Shown here in pieces: positions 9,297-18,732 of a DNA stretch of 64,000 bases. Each line of letters opens with the position of its first letter. Within the stretch, counting starts at the first letter, position 1. The DNA is taken from the IMG/VR virus record IMGVR_UViG_3300033149_004116, positions 36,023 to 100,022 of that record; one strand, 5' to 3'. The stretch is from a virus. A program made the position numbers and the translations under genes. The notes beneath the pieces are model-generated. The model saw only the letters and a list, made by a program, of their open reading frames with translations. It did not search any database and was not told the origin of the DNA.

Positions 9297-9992
9297 ATGT
9301 CTTCTATTGATATTGGGATAGATACTAGAGAGCAACATTCAGGATTTTTTGTTGCCCAAATAATAGATGCTGGATACAGACCGAAAGTTGAAAAACTCCC
9401 CGCTGGAGATTTCATCATCTATGGAAGAGATGAGAACGATTCGACTCTAATAGAGCGGAAAGATGATAGCGATTTTCTAAGTTCGTTGGAGGGGAAAAAG
9501 AATTCAGATGGAACTTGGGAGAAAGGAAGGCTGTGGGATCAATTAAAGAGAATGAAGGAGACGGGAATTAAGGACAGATGGGTATTAATTGAGGGCAATC
9601 CCTTCAGTAAGAGATTGTCGGCGTATAGAAGAAAGGGATTCAATAAACACAGAATATGGGGCAGTTTTATCGGAATCTCCAAGTGGGGAACGAGTATAAT
9701 CATTTTAAAAAATAAACAAGAAACTGTCGATTTCATCCTCTATTTGATTAAGAAAAAGAAGAATCCAAAAAAAGAGTTTACGCTTCGATCAAGTCCCCCG
9801 AATAGTATGACTCTGCGAGAGAAGAGATTGTATTTCCTTCAAGGTCTTCCCAAAATTGGAGCGAAGGCATCGAAGGAAATATTAAAGTATTATGGTTCAA
9901 TTAGAAAATTTATAAATGGAATAGATGAACTCGACAAACTATCTGGAATTGGAGAAAAAACAAAGAGGGAAATCAAGAAAATAGTTGGATAA
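9297..9992 (+). CDS. ERCC4 (XPF/Mus81/Hef-type) nuclease with C-terminal (HhH)2
   Basis: IDTRE, LPAGDF, IERK..DF..S and LIEG; HhH motifs LPKIGAK and LSGIGEK. Confidence 0.9.
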   Translation: MSSIDIGIDTREQHSGFFVAQIIDAGYRPKVEKLPAGDFIIYGRDENDSTLIERKDDSDFLSSLEGKKNSDGTWEKGRLWDQLKRMKETGIKDRWVLIEGNPFSKRLSAYRRKGFNKHRIWGSFIGISKWGTSIIILKNKQETVDFILYLIKKKKNPKKEFTLRSSPPNSMTLREKRLYFLQGLPKIGAKASKEILKYYGSIRKFINGIDELDKLSGIGEKTKREIKKIVG

Positions 9993-10385
9993 TCATTTAT
10001 TATTTTTTAAATATTCCTTAACTGCTGGTAGCAATAGGAGTGCGGCAACTCTCTCGCCACCATTAGATTTCTTATTTTCGGTTATTTTTTTCAAACATCC
10101 CCGCAACTCTTCTCCCTCTTTCGGAGTTAAAGTATTAATTCCTTTTAAAACTTTTTGAAGCAGATAATCCCTTCGTGGGGTTTCTGGGTGTATCAATATT
10201 TTTGGAAGTTCATTTATTATAACATTCCAGATGGGATCGAGGCGATCTTCCAATTTCTGCTCAATTGTAGAAAGTCTGCGTTCTATTTTTCTAGTATTCT
10301 TGGTTACATATATGTAGAAGGTTAATCCTAAACTAACCAAGCCGATTGCGGTTCCCACATCCATCGGAATCATAATCGCGCTCAT
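9993..10385 (-). CDS. Membrane-anchored hypothetical protein
   Basis: N-terminal hydrophobic helix followed by a coiled coil. Confidence 0.55.
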   Translation of the reverse strand: MSAIMIPMDVGTAIGLVSLGLTFYIYVTKNTRKIERRLSTIEQKLEDRLDPIWNVIINELPKILIHPETPRRDYLLQKVLKGINTLTPKEGEELRGCLKKITENKKSNGGERVAALLLLPAVKEYLKNNK

Positions 10386-10396
10386 ATCTCCGCCAC

Positions 10397-10576
10397 CTAA
10401 ATTTTACTAGCACTAACTCCAAATAGGAAGCCTACAGAGGCGTACATCAATCCTTTTGCCATTTCATCATTTTTTGTATAAAAGGCAAATATCCAAGCGA
10501 GAAGATATCCCGCTCCAGCAATTACAATTTTTAACTTATTTTCGGTAAGCCATTCTTGAATTTTTATGAGAGACAT
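10397..10576 (-). CDS. Small two-TM membrane protein (holin-like), 59 aa
   Basis: Hand translation: MSLIKIQEWLTENKLKIVIAGAGYLLAWIFAFYTKNDEMAKGLMYASVGFLFGVSASKI. Confidence 0.55.
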   Translation of the reverse strand: MSLIKIQEWLTENKLKIVIAGAGYLLAWIFAFYTKNDEMAKGLMYASVGFLFGVSASKI

Positions 10577-10649
10577 TACTATCTAATATTGTATTGAATA
10601 AATACCTTATTAAGTTTTTCTATTAATTTATAATTAAATTATTTAAATT

Positions 10650-10889
10650 TTAATCAACTTCAGTAAAGGATGTGATGTGATATAAATCTGAAAAAGTAAT
10701 TTTATGGTTGTTAAGAAGAGTTAATAATTTTTGTTTTTCTGCCTTAGTTAAGTTTGGTTCGACAATTAAAGTTATTCTATTCATAGATGAAATACCAATA
10801 GTTACTTTTTTTCCTAAAGATTTGAGATACCGTTTTATAATTTCTGTAAATGTTTTATTTTTAAATTCTATTATATTCATATGAATCAC
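10650..10889 (-). CDS. Hypothetical protein at the end of the tail operon
   Basis: ORF overlapping the stop of the upstream tail gene. Confidence 0.45.
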   Translation of the reverse strand: MIHMNIIEFKNKTFTEIIKRYLKSLGKKVTIGISSMNRITLIVEPNLTKAEKQKLLTLLNNHKITFSDLYHITSFTEVD

Positions 10890-12259
10890 TTATACCCTAA
10901 ATGTAATTCTGCAATTGTTGTTTTAGAAGCAAAAGGAGAATCTCTTGAGTCTTCTTTAGTACATACAATTTTAAGATGTTGTGCAATTATTGCTCCAACC
11001 GAGGGATAAATCCAAGAAGTCCACCACCACCAATTCCCTGTCGAAATATTAGTTTTCCAATCATTCCACTGATTTTTTTTGATATCCAACCACTGTATTT
11101 TCCATCGCCCATCTCCAATTGATCCAGTTCCTGAAACATATCTAAATCGATTCATTGCGTATGGTTTTTGTAGTTCTATATGGATGTATTCAGATGTGTC
11201 AAAAACGACATAAGATGTTATAAGATTATCATTAATATAAGTTGGATTTTGAGCATTTCCACTTGCTACTCCAGACTGAATAGTTGTGCTTTTAATAGTC
11301 GGAGCTAGTTGAGTGGGATTATATATATAAATGCCGTAATCTTCATAGCCTCTCATTTTATCAAAATAATTTTGTAATGTAGTTTCTTCTCTATCAATTT
11401 CTATTTCTGCTACAGTAGGCTTTTTTGTTATTTTTCTAATGGTATAACTTCCAGACATATTTAATTTTGGTTTATTTATTGTGATAGTATCTCCAGGAGA
11501 GAACGTATAAGCATTAATGATATTAGTTTTGAGTTTGACTCCTTGTGTATCCTTATTGAGGAGATTTTTATAATATGAGGCTATTCTATTGAGAGTTGGT
11601 TGATCCATCGCCTTTCTCTCAGTAAAAGTAATTATATTTGTTCCATTTCCAGCACTCCCATAGATTAAATTTCCCCCAGCATCAATTCCTCTTACTAGAA
11701 CTTTATCCCTCCTCCTAAAAGGACTAATAGTTCGTCTTGATATTAATAAGTCTGATAGTCTCCCCTGATTTGATCCTCGAATACCAATATTAAAAGAAGA
11801 TCCGCCAGTTGTCCAATAATCCGAATTTAAGGTTTTTGCTAGAAATTTGGCAGCTTCAAGACAGGAAGTGTGGTCGTAACTAACTGAAACTTTGCTTGTG
11901 GGACAAATTCCAGATCCCACTCCAGCAACTTCATCTACTATCTGATTTAAAACATAATTTCCGACGGCTCCAAAATAATCTCCTGTATGAACCTTTTTAT
12001 CCATCTTATCATAAACTTTGTTATATACTATACAATCCAAATTTGCATCATCATATCCAACTTTGCCTAAAACTCCTTGGAAAAGAGTGCTACCGCCGAA
12101 CTTTATTGTTATATTTAAATCGGATGTGGCAACTATGTCTCTAAATTGAGGCGTATTGGGCAGAATAAAATTGGCTTTTTCGTCTCCATTCAATTCTTCC
12201 TGTATGTATTTGAAAGTCGCAGGAACTCTTTCATCAGATGCTATTACTTCCCAAGACAT
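10886..12259 (-). CDS. Tail hub/baseplate (Tal-like) protein with C-terminal discoidin-like carbohydrate-binding domain
   Basis: Position after tape measure and Dit; LFQGVL, FSPGDTITI..SGSYTIRKI hub pattern; Trp-rich beta-sandwich C-terminus. Confidence 0.65.
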   Translation of the reverse strand: MSWEVIASDERVPATFKYIQEELNGDEKANFILPNTPQFRDIVATSDLNITIKFGGSTLFQGVLGKVGYDDANLDCIVYNKVYDKMDKKVHTGDYFGAVGNYVLNQIVDEVAGVGSGICPTSKVSVSYDHTSCLEAAKFLAKTLNSDYWTTGGSSFNIGIRGSNQGRLSDLLISRRTISPFRRRDKVLVRGIDAGGNLIYGSAGNGTNIITFTERKAMDQPTLNRIASYYKNLLNKDTQGVKLKTNIINAYTFSPGDTITINKPKLNMSGSYTIRKITKKPTVAEIEIDREETTLQNYFDKMRGYEDYGIYIYNPTQLAPTIKSTTIQSGVASGNAQNPTYINDNLITSYVVFDTSEYIHIELQKPYAMNRFRYVSGTGSIGDGRWKIQWLDIKKNQWNDWKTNISTGNWWWWTSWIYPSVGAIIAQHLKIVCTKEDSRDSPFASKTTIAELHLGYK

Positions 12260-12260
12260 T

Positions 12261-13127
12261 TTAAATCTCCCCGAACTGTGGACTCTTATTCATCAAAGTC
12301 AATCTGTATCTGAAACTCCTTATATTTCCATCCCCCTCTTCTACTTGAAAGTCCTGTATGGCATATATTCCATCGTATCTCGTTCCTGGAGCATTCAATT
12401 TCCATCCTTGCCCAGCGCCGAAAGCATCAAATCGGTATCCCTGTGATACTGGATTGAAATTTGATGGAGCAATTTCTATCGATCTGATTTTGTCCCACCC
12501 AGTTGGAGTACCCGTCGTATTTGTAATATAATCGCTGTAATCTGCCGAGGAAATGGAGACAAAAGTTTGATTCCAGCCAGCACTTGAACACTGTGCATAA
12601 AATCTATATCCATTTGCTTTACTGGCATTTACCTCATTATAGAATGATACTTTGAACTTTTCGCTTCCAGTTCCTTTGATCCACAAACTAATAAGATTTC
12701 TATCTGACAAATCTTTATTTTCCGAGAAATCTCTATATATCAATCCGTTTGCATTACTAAACTCGACATATAAACTGTCATTCAGTCTTACTACATCATC
12801 TCCAGTATTTTTACAAACCGCACCAACGCCAGCAAGTGTCCAATATGTGGCTGGGGCTTCATCCAAATACAATTCATCTACAACTTGTTTTTGTTCTGCA
12901 TAATCTTCTATTGGTTTACAGTAAGATTTATAAATTGTTGAGAGAGAATCGTTCCCCTCAAAAAATTCCCCTTCCAGAGATAAAATCTTCGTATCAGTAC
13001 CTAGAGACATTAGCATAGGTCCTTCAAAAAATTGAGGAACCTTCAAAATAGATGTATTCATTTTATATATGATTCTTCTAGGTGCCTTGGGCAGGGAAAT
13101 TTTTCCGAATGTCCACCCACTAGCCAT
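12261..13127 (-). CDS. Distal tail (Dit-like) protein with inserted carbohydrate-binding module
   Basis: Dit-like termini (LSLEGEF; YDGIYAIQDF..FRYRLTL) flank a CBM-like insert (DLSDRNLISLWIKG..GWN..GWDKIRSIEI). Confidence 0.6.
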   Translation of the reverse strand: MASGWTFGKISLPKAPRRIIYKMNTSILKVPQFFEGPMLMSLGTDTKILSLEGEFFEGNDSLSTIYKSYCKPIEDYAEQKQVVDELYLDEAPATYWTLAGVGAVCKNTGDDVVRLNDSLYVEFSNANGLIYRDFSENKDLSDRNLISLWIKGTGSEKFKVSFYNEVNASKANGYRFYAQCSSAGWNQTFVSISSADYSDYITNTTGTPTGWDKIRSIEIAPSNFNPVSQGYRFDAFGAGQGWKLNAPGTRYDGIYAIQDFQVEEGDGNIRSFRYRLTLMNKSPQFGEI

Positions 13128-15518
13128 CTATCCCACCACCACCAATCCTTCTATTTTATCTGCCAACTTTCTACTTATTTCATCTATTGTCTCATCCAAG
13201 TCCATATTAGAGGCTAAATTCACTCCGCCCATATCAATTGTAATTGTGATGTTCTGTGATGGTCTTGGTCTTGCTCCACCAGTAGAAACATCAATTCCGG
13301 AGGAAAATTCCTTAGCGCTTTCAGTAGCAATTTTGTATCCTTCTGCGGCAGCGATCATATTTCTCTTAATGTCGTCTCCAATACTGCTTCCATATAGTAT
13401 TTTTGTTATTCTATCAATCTCGTTTTGTATTCGTATCCAATCTTCCTGAATCTGCATTAAATCGTCAAAATTCCCTTGGCAGGTGTTCATTTCTTCGTCA
13501 AGCTTTTTTAATTCCTCTCGCAATCTTGCCAATTTTTTTTTCAATTCCTCTTTATATATTAAATCTGAAACATCTACAGTACCGCCAATTCCTGATTGCA
13601 TCTCATCTAAAACATCTTCTAATTCGCTTGTTTCATCCACAATTTCATCCACTCCTGTATCTTCACCCCCTGTCCATTTCTTAATTTTATTCCATATACC
13701 TTTTACATAATCTTTCAATCCACTCCATACTTTGTCCCAATTTATATCACTAAGCCAATCCTTTAAGGGATTTTCTTTGTCTCCATAAGACCAAGCTATC
13801 ATATTTGGGAAAAAATCGCTTGCCCAGTCTTGCATGGGAGCTTGTGTTTCCCCCCAATCTATATCATCCAATAAATCTTCCATCGGCGCATTATTTCCCT
13901 CTTTCGCCCACGTTACAATATTATCATAAATATTACTTGCCCATTCTTTGATAGCATCGCTCCAATCTTCTAAGAATCCCCCACTATATGCCAGAGGATG
14001 GAAAAATCTGTCCATGTTTGCCCAAGCTCTCGCTGTAACTTCTATATCATATTCGTCAAAAAGTTTCTGAATATCTTTTAATATTGCTTCTTGAGTCTTC
14101 AATAATGTTACTCGCTTAGTTTCAGGAATATTGCTCTTATTTAATTCTCTTGTAACATTTCTATATTGTTCTCTTAATTTCGCAAGTTTGTTTTCTATAA
14201 TAGGAATATCCCATGCTGGTATCACTTTCCACATATCTTCAAATATTTTTTCAGTTAATTTGCCCCAATCGATTTCATCAATACCTTCTATCGCCCATTC
14301 AAATATTTTCCCACCTAAATTTACAGAATAAGATTCGAGAGAACTCCACACTTCATCCCAATCAATTAAATCAAGTTCTTTTTTCATTTCGTCGGCAAAG
14401 GATGCCATTTCTAAATCCAATCCCTCTAATCCTCTCAATTCGTCCCCCAAACCACTTCTTTTCAATATGGAACTCATTATAGCGAAACCTACTATTACCG
14501 TTGCAAGAAGGGCTAAAATGCCCAAGCCCCCGCTCAAGGTTCCCAATATACTTACTAATCCGCCTATCAATCCAATAACTGCCTGAATTGGAACGCTAAT
14601 GAAATAGAAGCCAAATCCTACTGCTACGAGGAGGGGAGAAAGTGCCATCATTATTCCAGCAAACTTTGCCATCATCGGAAGGAACGGTCGCATAACTTTG
14701 AAAATTTTCAAGATCAGGGGAATGGCGAATTTGAACCCCTTGACGATACTAGTCATAATAAGGGGTCCCACCTCTTTGATTAAATCTATAAATTTGGGTA
14801 GAACACTATCAATCATATCCTTTAAAATTTTGACCACTCTTCCACTATTAACTTGCCAGACCTCATAAAGCGCCTTAATTAAATCGAGAAGTGCTTTCGT
14901 CATCATAGGCAGAATGTCCGCCCCAATATTTGCCGTTAATGCTGACAATTGAGCGAATACGCCCTGAACCATCATTCCAACTCGCGGAAGAGCAGACATG
15001 GCATTTATCATCATATTCTGCCCCTCGGCAGTTAGCATTCCCTGTGCTGCCAACATCCCCATGCCCGTTCCTATTTGTTTGATAGTTCTTTGCCAATTCT
15101 GAAATAAAGAAATGGCGTTTCTAAGAGGTTTTGTAAGATATCTGCTCATTATTCTTCCTATTATCACAAGCCTGAAGCCGAACCATGTAAGTTGTCTTCC
15201 AATACTGCTTATTCTCCTTAAGAAAGGAACGTCTCTAGTTCCTAAATGCTCTTTTTGCCAATCCCTAGCCTTCTTGGCAAACTCTGCCGTTTTCCTTGAA
15301 AAAAGAGCTAAACGTTTAAAACGACCCACTTCTCCTCTTAAAGTTACACCCGTAATTCGACCTTTTCCTTTGATTGGTATATATGTTTTACTTCTAAAGA
15401 CTTTTTCTGTATCTGTTAAAAACGTTTTAATAAAATTGCCCGCCTCTTTAATACTTCCCTTTAATCCTTCAATATTTCCTTTAATATTTATTATTATATC
15501 TTTAACATTAGCACTCAT
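13128..15518 (-). CDS. Tail tape measure protein
   Basis: 796 aa, helical, hydrophobic middle region, recurring IDW/W repeats; follows the chaperone genes. Confidence 0.85.
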   Translation of the reverse strand: MSANVKDIIINIKGNIEGLKGSIKEAGNFIKTFLTDTEKVFRSKTYIPIKGKGRITGVTLRGEVGRFKRLALFSRKTAEFAKKARDWQKEHLGTRDVPFLRRISSIGRQLTWFGFRLVIIGRIMSRYLTKPLRNAISLFQNWQRTIKQIGTGMGMLAAQGMLTAEGQNMMINAMSALPRVGMMVQGVFAQLSALTANIGADILPMMTKALLDLIKALYEVWQVNSGRVVKILKDMIDSVLPKFIDLIKEVGPLIMTSIVKGFKFAIPLILKIFKVMRPFLPMMAKFAGIMMALSPLLVAVGFGFYFISVPIQAVIGLIGGLVSILGTLSGGLGILALLATVIVGFAIMSSILKRSGLGDELRGLEGLDLEMASFADEMKKELDLIDWDEVWSSLESYSVNLGGKIFEWAIEGIDEIDWGKLTEKIFEDMWKVIPAWDIPIIENKLAKLREQYRNVTRELNKSNIPETKRVTLLKTQEAILKDIQKLFDEYDIEVTARAWANMDRFFHPLAYSGGFLEDWSDAIKEWASNIYDNIVTWAKEGNNAPMEDLLDDIDWGETQAPMQDWASDFFPNMIAWSYGDKENPLKDWLSDINWDKVWSGLKDYVKGIWNKIKKWTGGEDTGVDEIVDETSELEDVLDEMQSGIGGTVDVSDLIYKEELKKKLARLREELKKLDEEMNTCQGNFDDLMQIQEDWIRIQNEIDRITKILYGSSIGDDIKRNMIAAAEGYKIATESAKEFSSGIDVSTGGARPRPSQNITITIDMGGVNLASNMDLDETIDEISRKLADKIEGLVVVG

Positions 15519-15742
15519 CTTCTCATCCTCGCCTTCCTCTCAGCCCTTTTTGCCATTCTCTCCTCCTCCTTCGCCTTGATATTTCGAGCCAGTATGTAGG
15601 CATATATCTGTCTTCTCGTCATCTGGGAAATGGGTCTTCCATCTAAGGAATGCCCCTCCAACATCAAGATGGTATAGGGCATTCCCATATCACTGCGCAA
15701 GAAAGGATTCTGTCTCTTTCTCCACGTTTCTTCCGAAGCCAC
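15515..15742 (-). CDS. Tail assembly chaperone, downstream (T-like) frame
   Basis: Overlaps the end of the upstream chaperone in the +1 frame and directly precedes the tape measure gene. Confidence 0.6.
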   Translation of the reverse strand: MASEETWRKRQNPFLRSDMGMPYTILMLEGHSLDGRPISQMTRRQIYAYILARNIKAKEEERMAKRAERKARMRR

Positions 15743-16136
15743 TGATTTCTAGTATTCTCATTCCAACTATGGGCGATTCTCCGATAGCAAAATTTGTCTT
15801 GATTGCTTTTTTGGGCAATCCACTAGATGCTTCAATCAAATTCCAGAAAAACTCAAAGTTTTCGATATTAATATCATCCTCACCCATTTTAGATAATCTG
15901 CCTATGCCAAATTTATTCATAATATCAAGAACTTCTCCTTCTCCTAATGCACTTATAGTGAGAACTCCATAGCTATCATCTTTTAACTTTACGACTACAT
16001 CTTCTTTATATTCTATGCCCTTCAATAATTGCTGTGTTATCTTTGGTGCTTTCTTTTTGAATTCTTCTCTTTCTGCCATTATTTTCTTTCTAGCTTCCTC
16101 TACCCTAGAAGCCATTTCCTTCTGCTTGTCAGACAT
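15690..16136 (-). CDS. Tail assembly chaperone (G-like)
   Basis: Lies between tail tube and tape measure genes; GGTGA SD. Confidence 0.7.
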   Translation of the reverse strand: MSDKQKEMASRVEEARKKIMAEREEFKKKAPKITQQLLKGIEYKEDVVVKLKDDSYGVLTISALGEGEVLDIMNKFGIGRLSKMGEDDINIENFEFFWNLIEASSGLPKKAIKTNFAIGESPIVGMRILEISGFGRNVEKETESFLAQ

Positions 16137-16145
16137 TTATATCAC

Positions 16146-16574
16146 CTACTTTATTACTAGAGCGGGAATATCTATCGTATCGGTTGCCCATCCATCTGAA
16201 TCGAAGTTCACGTCAAAGGTTCCAACTCTACAGCCACTGAAGACTACACCCTTATCCGATCCGCTAAATCCAAGAGCGAAAGCTGTTAGCGCGCCTGTCT
16301 TTGAAGATTCACCCAAGAAGAACGAATGTGCTCCAGAATCGATCCACAATCCCTCAAGATGAGTTGTGAGATCGTATCTTCCAGCCTTAATGCCCCATCC
16401 TTCTCTTTTTCCAGCACCGTAATAAACCTCAACATTATGTTCTGCCGTATATGTTAAGTTATTTACCAATCCAACTCTTATTCCGCTTGCAAATTGATGA
16501 TTCACCAAAGAGGCTATATTAGTTCCTGTCTGAAAGTAAACAATCATGTCTTGCCCAACTTGAACACTTACCAT
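16146..16574 (-). CDS. Tail tube protein (paralogue 2)
   Basis: VGLVNNLT, YYGAG, L.GLWID and VVFSGC.V.TFD beta-strand tube pattern; GAGGTGA SD. Confidence 0.7.
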   Translation of the reverse strand: MVSVQVGQDMIVYFQTGTNIASLVNHQFASGIRVGLVNNLTYTAEHNVEVYYGAGKREGWGIKAGRYDLTTHLEGLWIDSGAHSFFLGESSKTGALTAFALGFSGSDKGVVFSGCRVGTFDVNFDSDGWATDTIDIPALVIK

Positions 16575-16586
16575 TTCATATCACCT

Positions 16587-16964
16587 CTAATATGATTTGA
16601 CAGTTTTTGCCCTCCAATTTACCGTCTCTCTGATCCATCCATCATCAGGAATCTCGAAGTCCCAAGTTTCTATTGAACACCCACTGAGAACTATTGCATT
16701 AGTTGCCATAGACGCTTGAATATCAAAGGTTGTAAGCTGTGTAGTTCCTAAAGCGGCGGTAGCAAATAAAGTAACATCTATGAAGCCTCTCTCTATTGTT
16801 CCAGTAATTTCCCTTCTTGCCTCCCTTCTCGCCGCCAGATCGTAATTTCCAAGCTCGAAGAAGGTTTGAAGACCTCTATCTATCGTTATGGTTCCATTCG
16901 CGAATCCCACTTCCGTTCCGCCTTTATAGATATGTCCTTCCCAATGTCTTTTTGCAACAGACAT
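16587..16964 (-). CDS. Tail tube protein (paralogue 1)
   Basis: VGFANGT, FFELG, ITGTIERGFID and IVLSGC.I.TWDF, visibly similar to 16146-16574. Confidence 0.7.
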   Translation of the reverse strand: MSVAKRHWEGHIYKGGTEVGFANGTITIDRGLQTFFELGNYDLAARREARREITGTIERGFIDVTLFATAALGTTQLTTFDIQASMATNAIVLSGCSIETWDFEIPDDGWIRETVNWRAKTVKSY

Positions 16965-17085
16965 TTTCTATCGTTCTCTATTTTATCTTTACTCATTATT
17001 AAATGTTTCTCGTAAAGCATATTTATTCAATTAACCATACAAAAGATTTATATTGATCTTTGAGTGAAATATAATTGAAATCTGA

Positions 17086-17478
17086 ATGAATGACGAAAGA
17101 GTGAAATCCCTCTTAAATTCTGGTATTAAATGTATTGGAGATATTGACAGATGTAATGATTGTGGTAGTAGAACTAATCTCTTATTTCATCATATATCTT
17201 ATGACCCCGAAATTGTTCAGGTTCTCTGCGAAAGTTGTAATATCAAATTTCATAAAAAACACCCAGATATTAAAATTTCAAGCACATATAAAAGAAGAAT
17301 AAAGGGGAAGCCAGCATACACCACAATCACGTTAAAAAAACAATTGAAGCGAGACATGGAAGATTTTTGTGATGAAATGCGCATTCCTAGACATTACAGT
17401 TGGGGGGATGTCATAGAAATGTTAATGAAAGAATACAGAAAATATCAAATGATTAAAAATAGATATAAATTAAGATAA
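17086..17478 (+). CDS. HNH-like Zn domain fused to a ribbon-helix-helix domain; putative regulator
   Basis: CNDCG..HHISY..LCESCN..H at the N-terminus; YTTITL..SWGDVIEML at the C-terminus. Confidence 0.55.
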   Translation: MNDERVKSLLNSGIKCIGDIDRCNDCGSRTNLLFHHISYDPEIVQVLCESCNIKFHKKHPDIKISSTYKRRIKGKPAYTTITLKKQLKRDMEDFCDEMRIPRHYSWGDVIEMLMKEYRKYQMIKNRYKLR

Positions 17479-18528
17479 TTCTTTAATGAATTTTATATAT
17501 TCTTTTTCATATCTCTCCCAAGGAAAAGCTTCTATCACTTTTCTTGCATTCGCTCCCATCCTCTTTGCTTGATTCCTATTATCATACAACCATTGAAGCT
17601 TTTCTGCTATTGCTATGTAATTTTTTGGTGGAACAATAAACCCGTTCATTCCATTATAGACGTGTTGATATGTCCCCATATTTTCAGATATTATCACGGG
17701 CAATCCGCAAGACATGGCTTCTAACGCCGCCAGAGGGTTGCCATCTTCAATAGCTGGAAGACAAAAAACGTCAGAATTTTGATAAGATTTAACCAAGTCA
17801 GGAACCCACCCCCATTTCACATTTTTAATATCTTCAAAATATTTAGCTACACTTTTATCTACTCCAGCAACTATTAGTTCTGCATTTTTAAAATCCAATT
17901 TTTTCCAAGTAGCAAGTAGATAAACCAATCCTTTTCTAATCCAATTGCTTCCAACATAAATCACTCTGAATTTATCATCTTCCACATCATCGCTTTTCGG
18001 TTTAAATTTATTCAAATCGACTCCAAATGGGATTATTTTTGCTTTATATTCCAATCCATATTTTTTTAAAGATTTATATATCCATTCTGAGGGTATTAAA
18101 ATATGATCTGCTATTTCCATTTCTTTTATTATTTTTTTCTCCAACGTTGGGTTAATCATATTCGTTCCCATCTCTCCTTGGAGAAGCTCTTTTTGTAGAG
18201 AAATATGCGCACTGTAAAGATTGATTAATTTGATCGACTTGGGAAATTCTCTCATAGTAAAGAGTGAGTGAGAACACCACGATTGAAGAATTTCTGGCGG
18301 AGATTTCATATTTAATGCAACATATCCATCGAAAAATATATCCTGTTGTTCATAACTTCCTACCGACTGAGGGACTTTGTGAAATTTTTCTTTTGGAATC
18401 CCTATTAATTCCGTAGCATAAATTTTATCAATCAGTTTCTCATCATATAATGGTTTTACTTGGTGAAATGCCGTTCTTCCAATTCCTCCCGCTCCAATAT
18501 CCATTTTTCCAGAATAAGTTACTTTCAT
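17470..18528 (-). CDS. Glycosyltransferase, GT4 family
   Basis: IPFGVDLNKF, VGSNWIRKG and DVFCLPAIEDGNPLAALEAMSCGLPVI. Confidence 0.92.
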   Translation of the reverse strand: MKVTYSGKMDIGAGGIGRTAFHQVKPLYDEKLIDKIYATELIGIPKEKFHKVPQSVGSYEQQDIFFDGYVALNMKSPPEILQSWCSHSLFTMREFPKSIKLINLYSAHISLQKELLQGEMGTNMINPTLEKKIIKEMEIADHILIPSEWIYKSLKKYGLEYKAKIIPFGVDLNKFKPKSDDVEDDKFRVIYVGSNWIRKGLVYLLATWKKLDFKNAELIVAGVDKSVAKYFEDIKNVKWGWVPDLVKSYQNSDVFCLPAIEDGNPLAALEAMSCGLPVIISENMGTYQHVYNGMNGFIVPPKNYIAIAEKLQWLYDNRNQAKRMGANARKVIEAFPWERYEKEYIKFIKELS

Positions 18529-18732
18529 TTAAATCATCCTTTTATGTAGAAAAATTCTATGAGCATAAGGCAGGATACAAGTATATTGTCTTATGATGGT
18601 TCCCTTCTGAGTTGAGTCCGGAAGAAAATCTACATCTGCTTGATAACATTCCATACAGAAACCATAGCAGGCATTTCTCCGCCCCGCTCTGGGATGTATT
18701 CTTTCCTTTATCCTCCCTCTTTTTTCCCTCAT
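18529..18732 (-). CDS. Small Cys/His-rich hypothetical protein
   Basis: Coupled to its neighbours in the operon; C..C..C..C..H pattern. Confidence 0.45.
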   Translation of the reverse strand: MREKRGRIKERIHPRAGRRNACYGFCMECYQADVDFLPDSTQKGTIIRQYTCILPYAHRIFLHKRMI

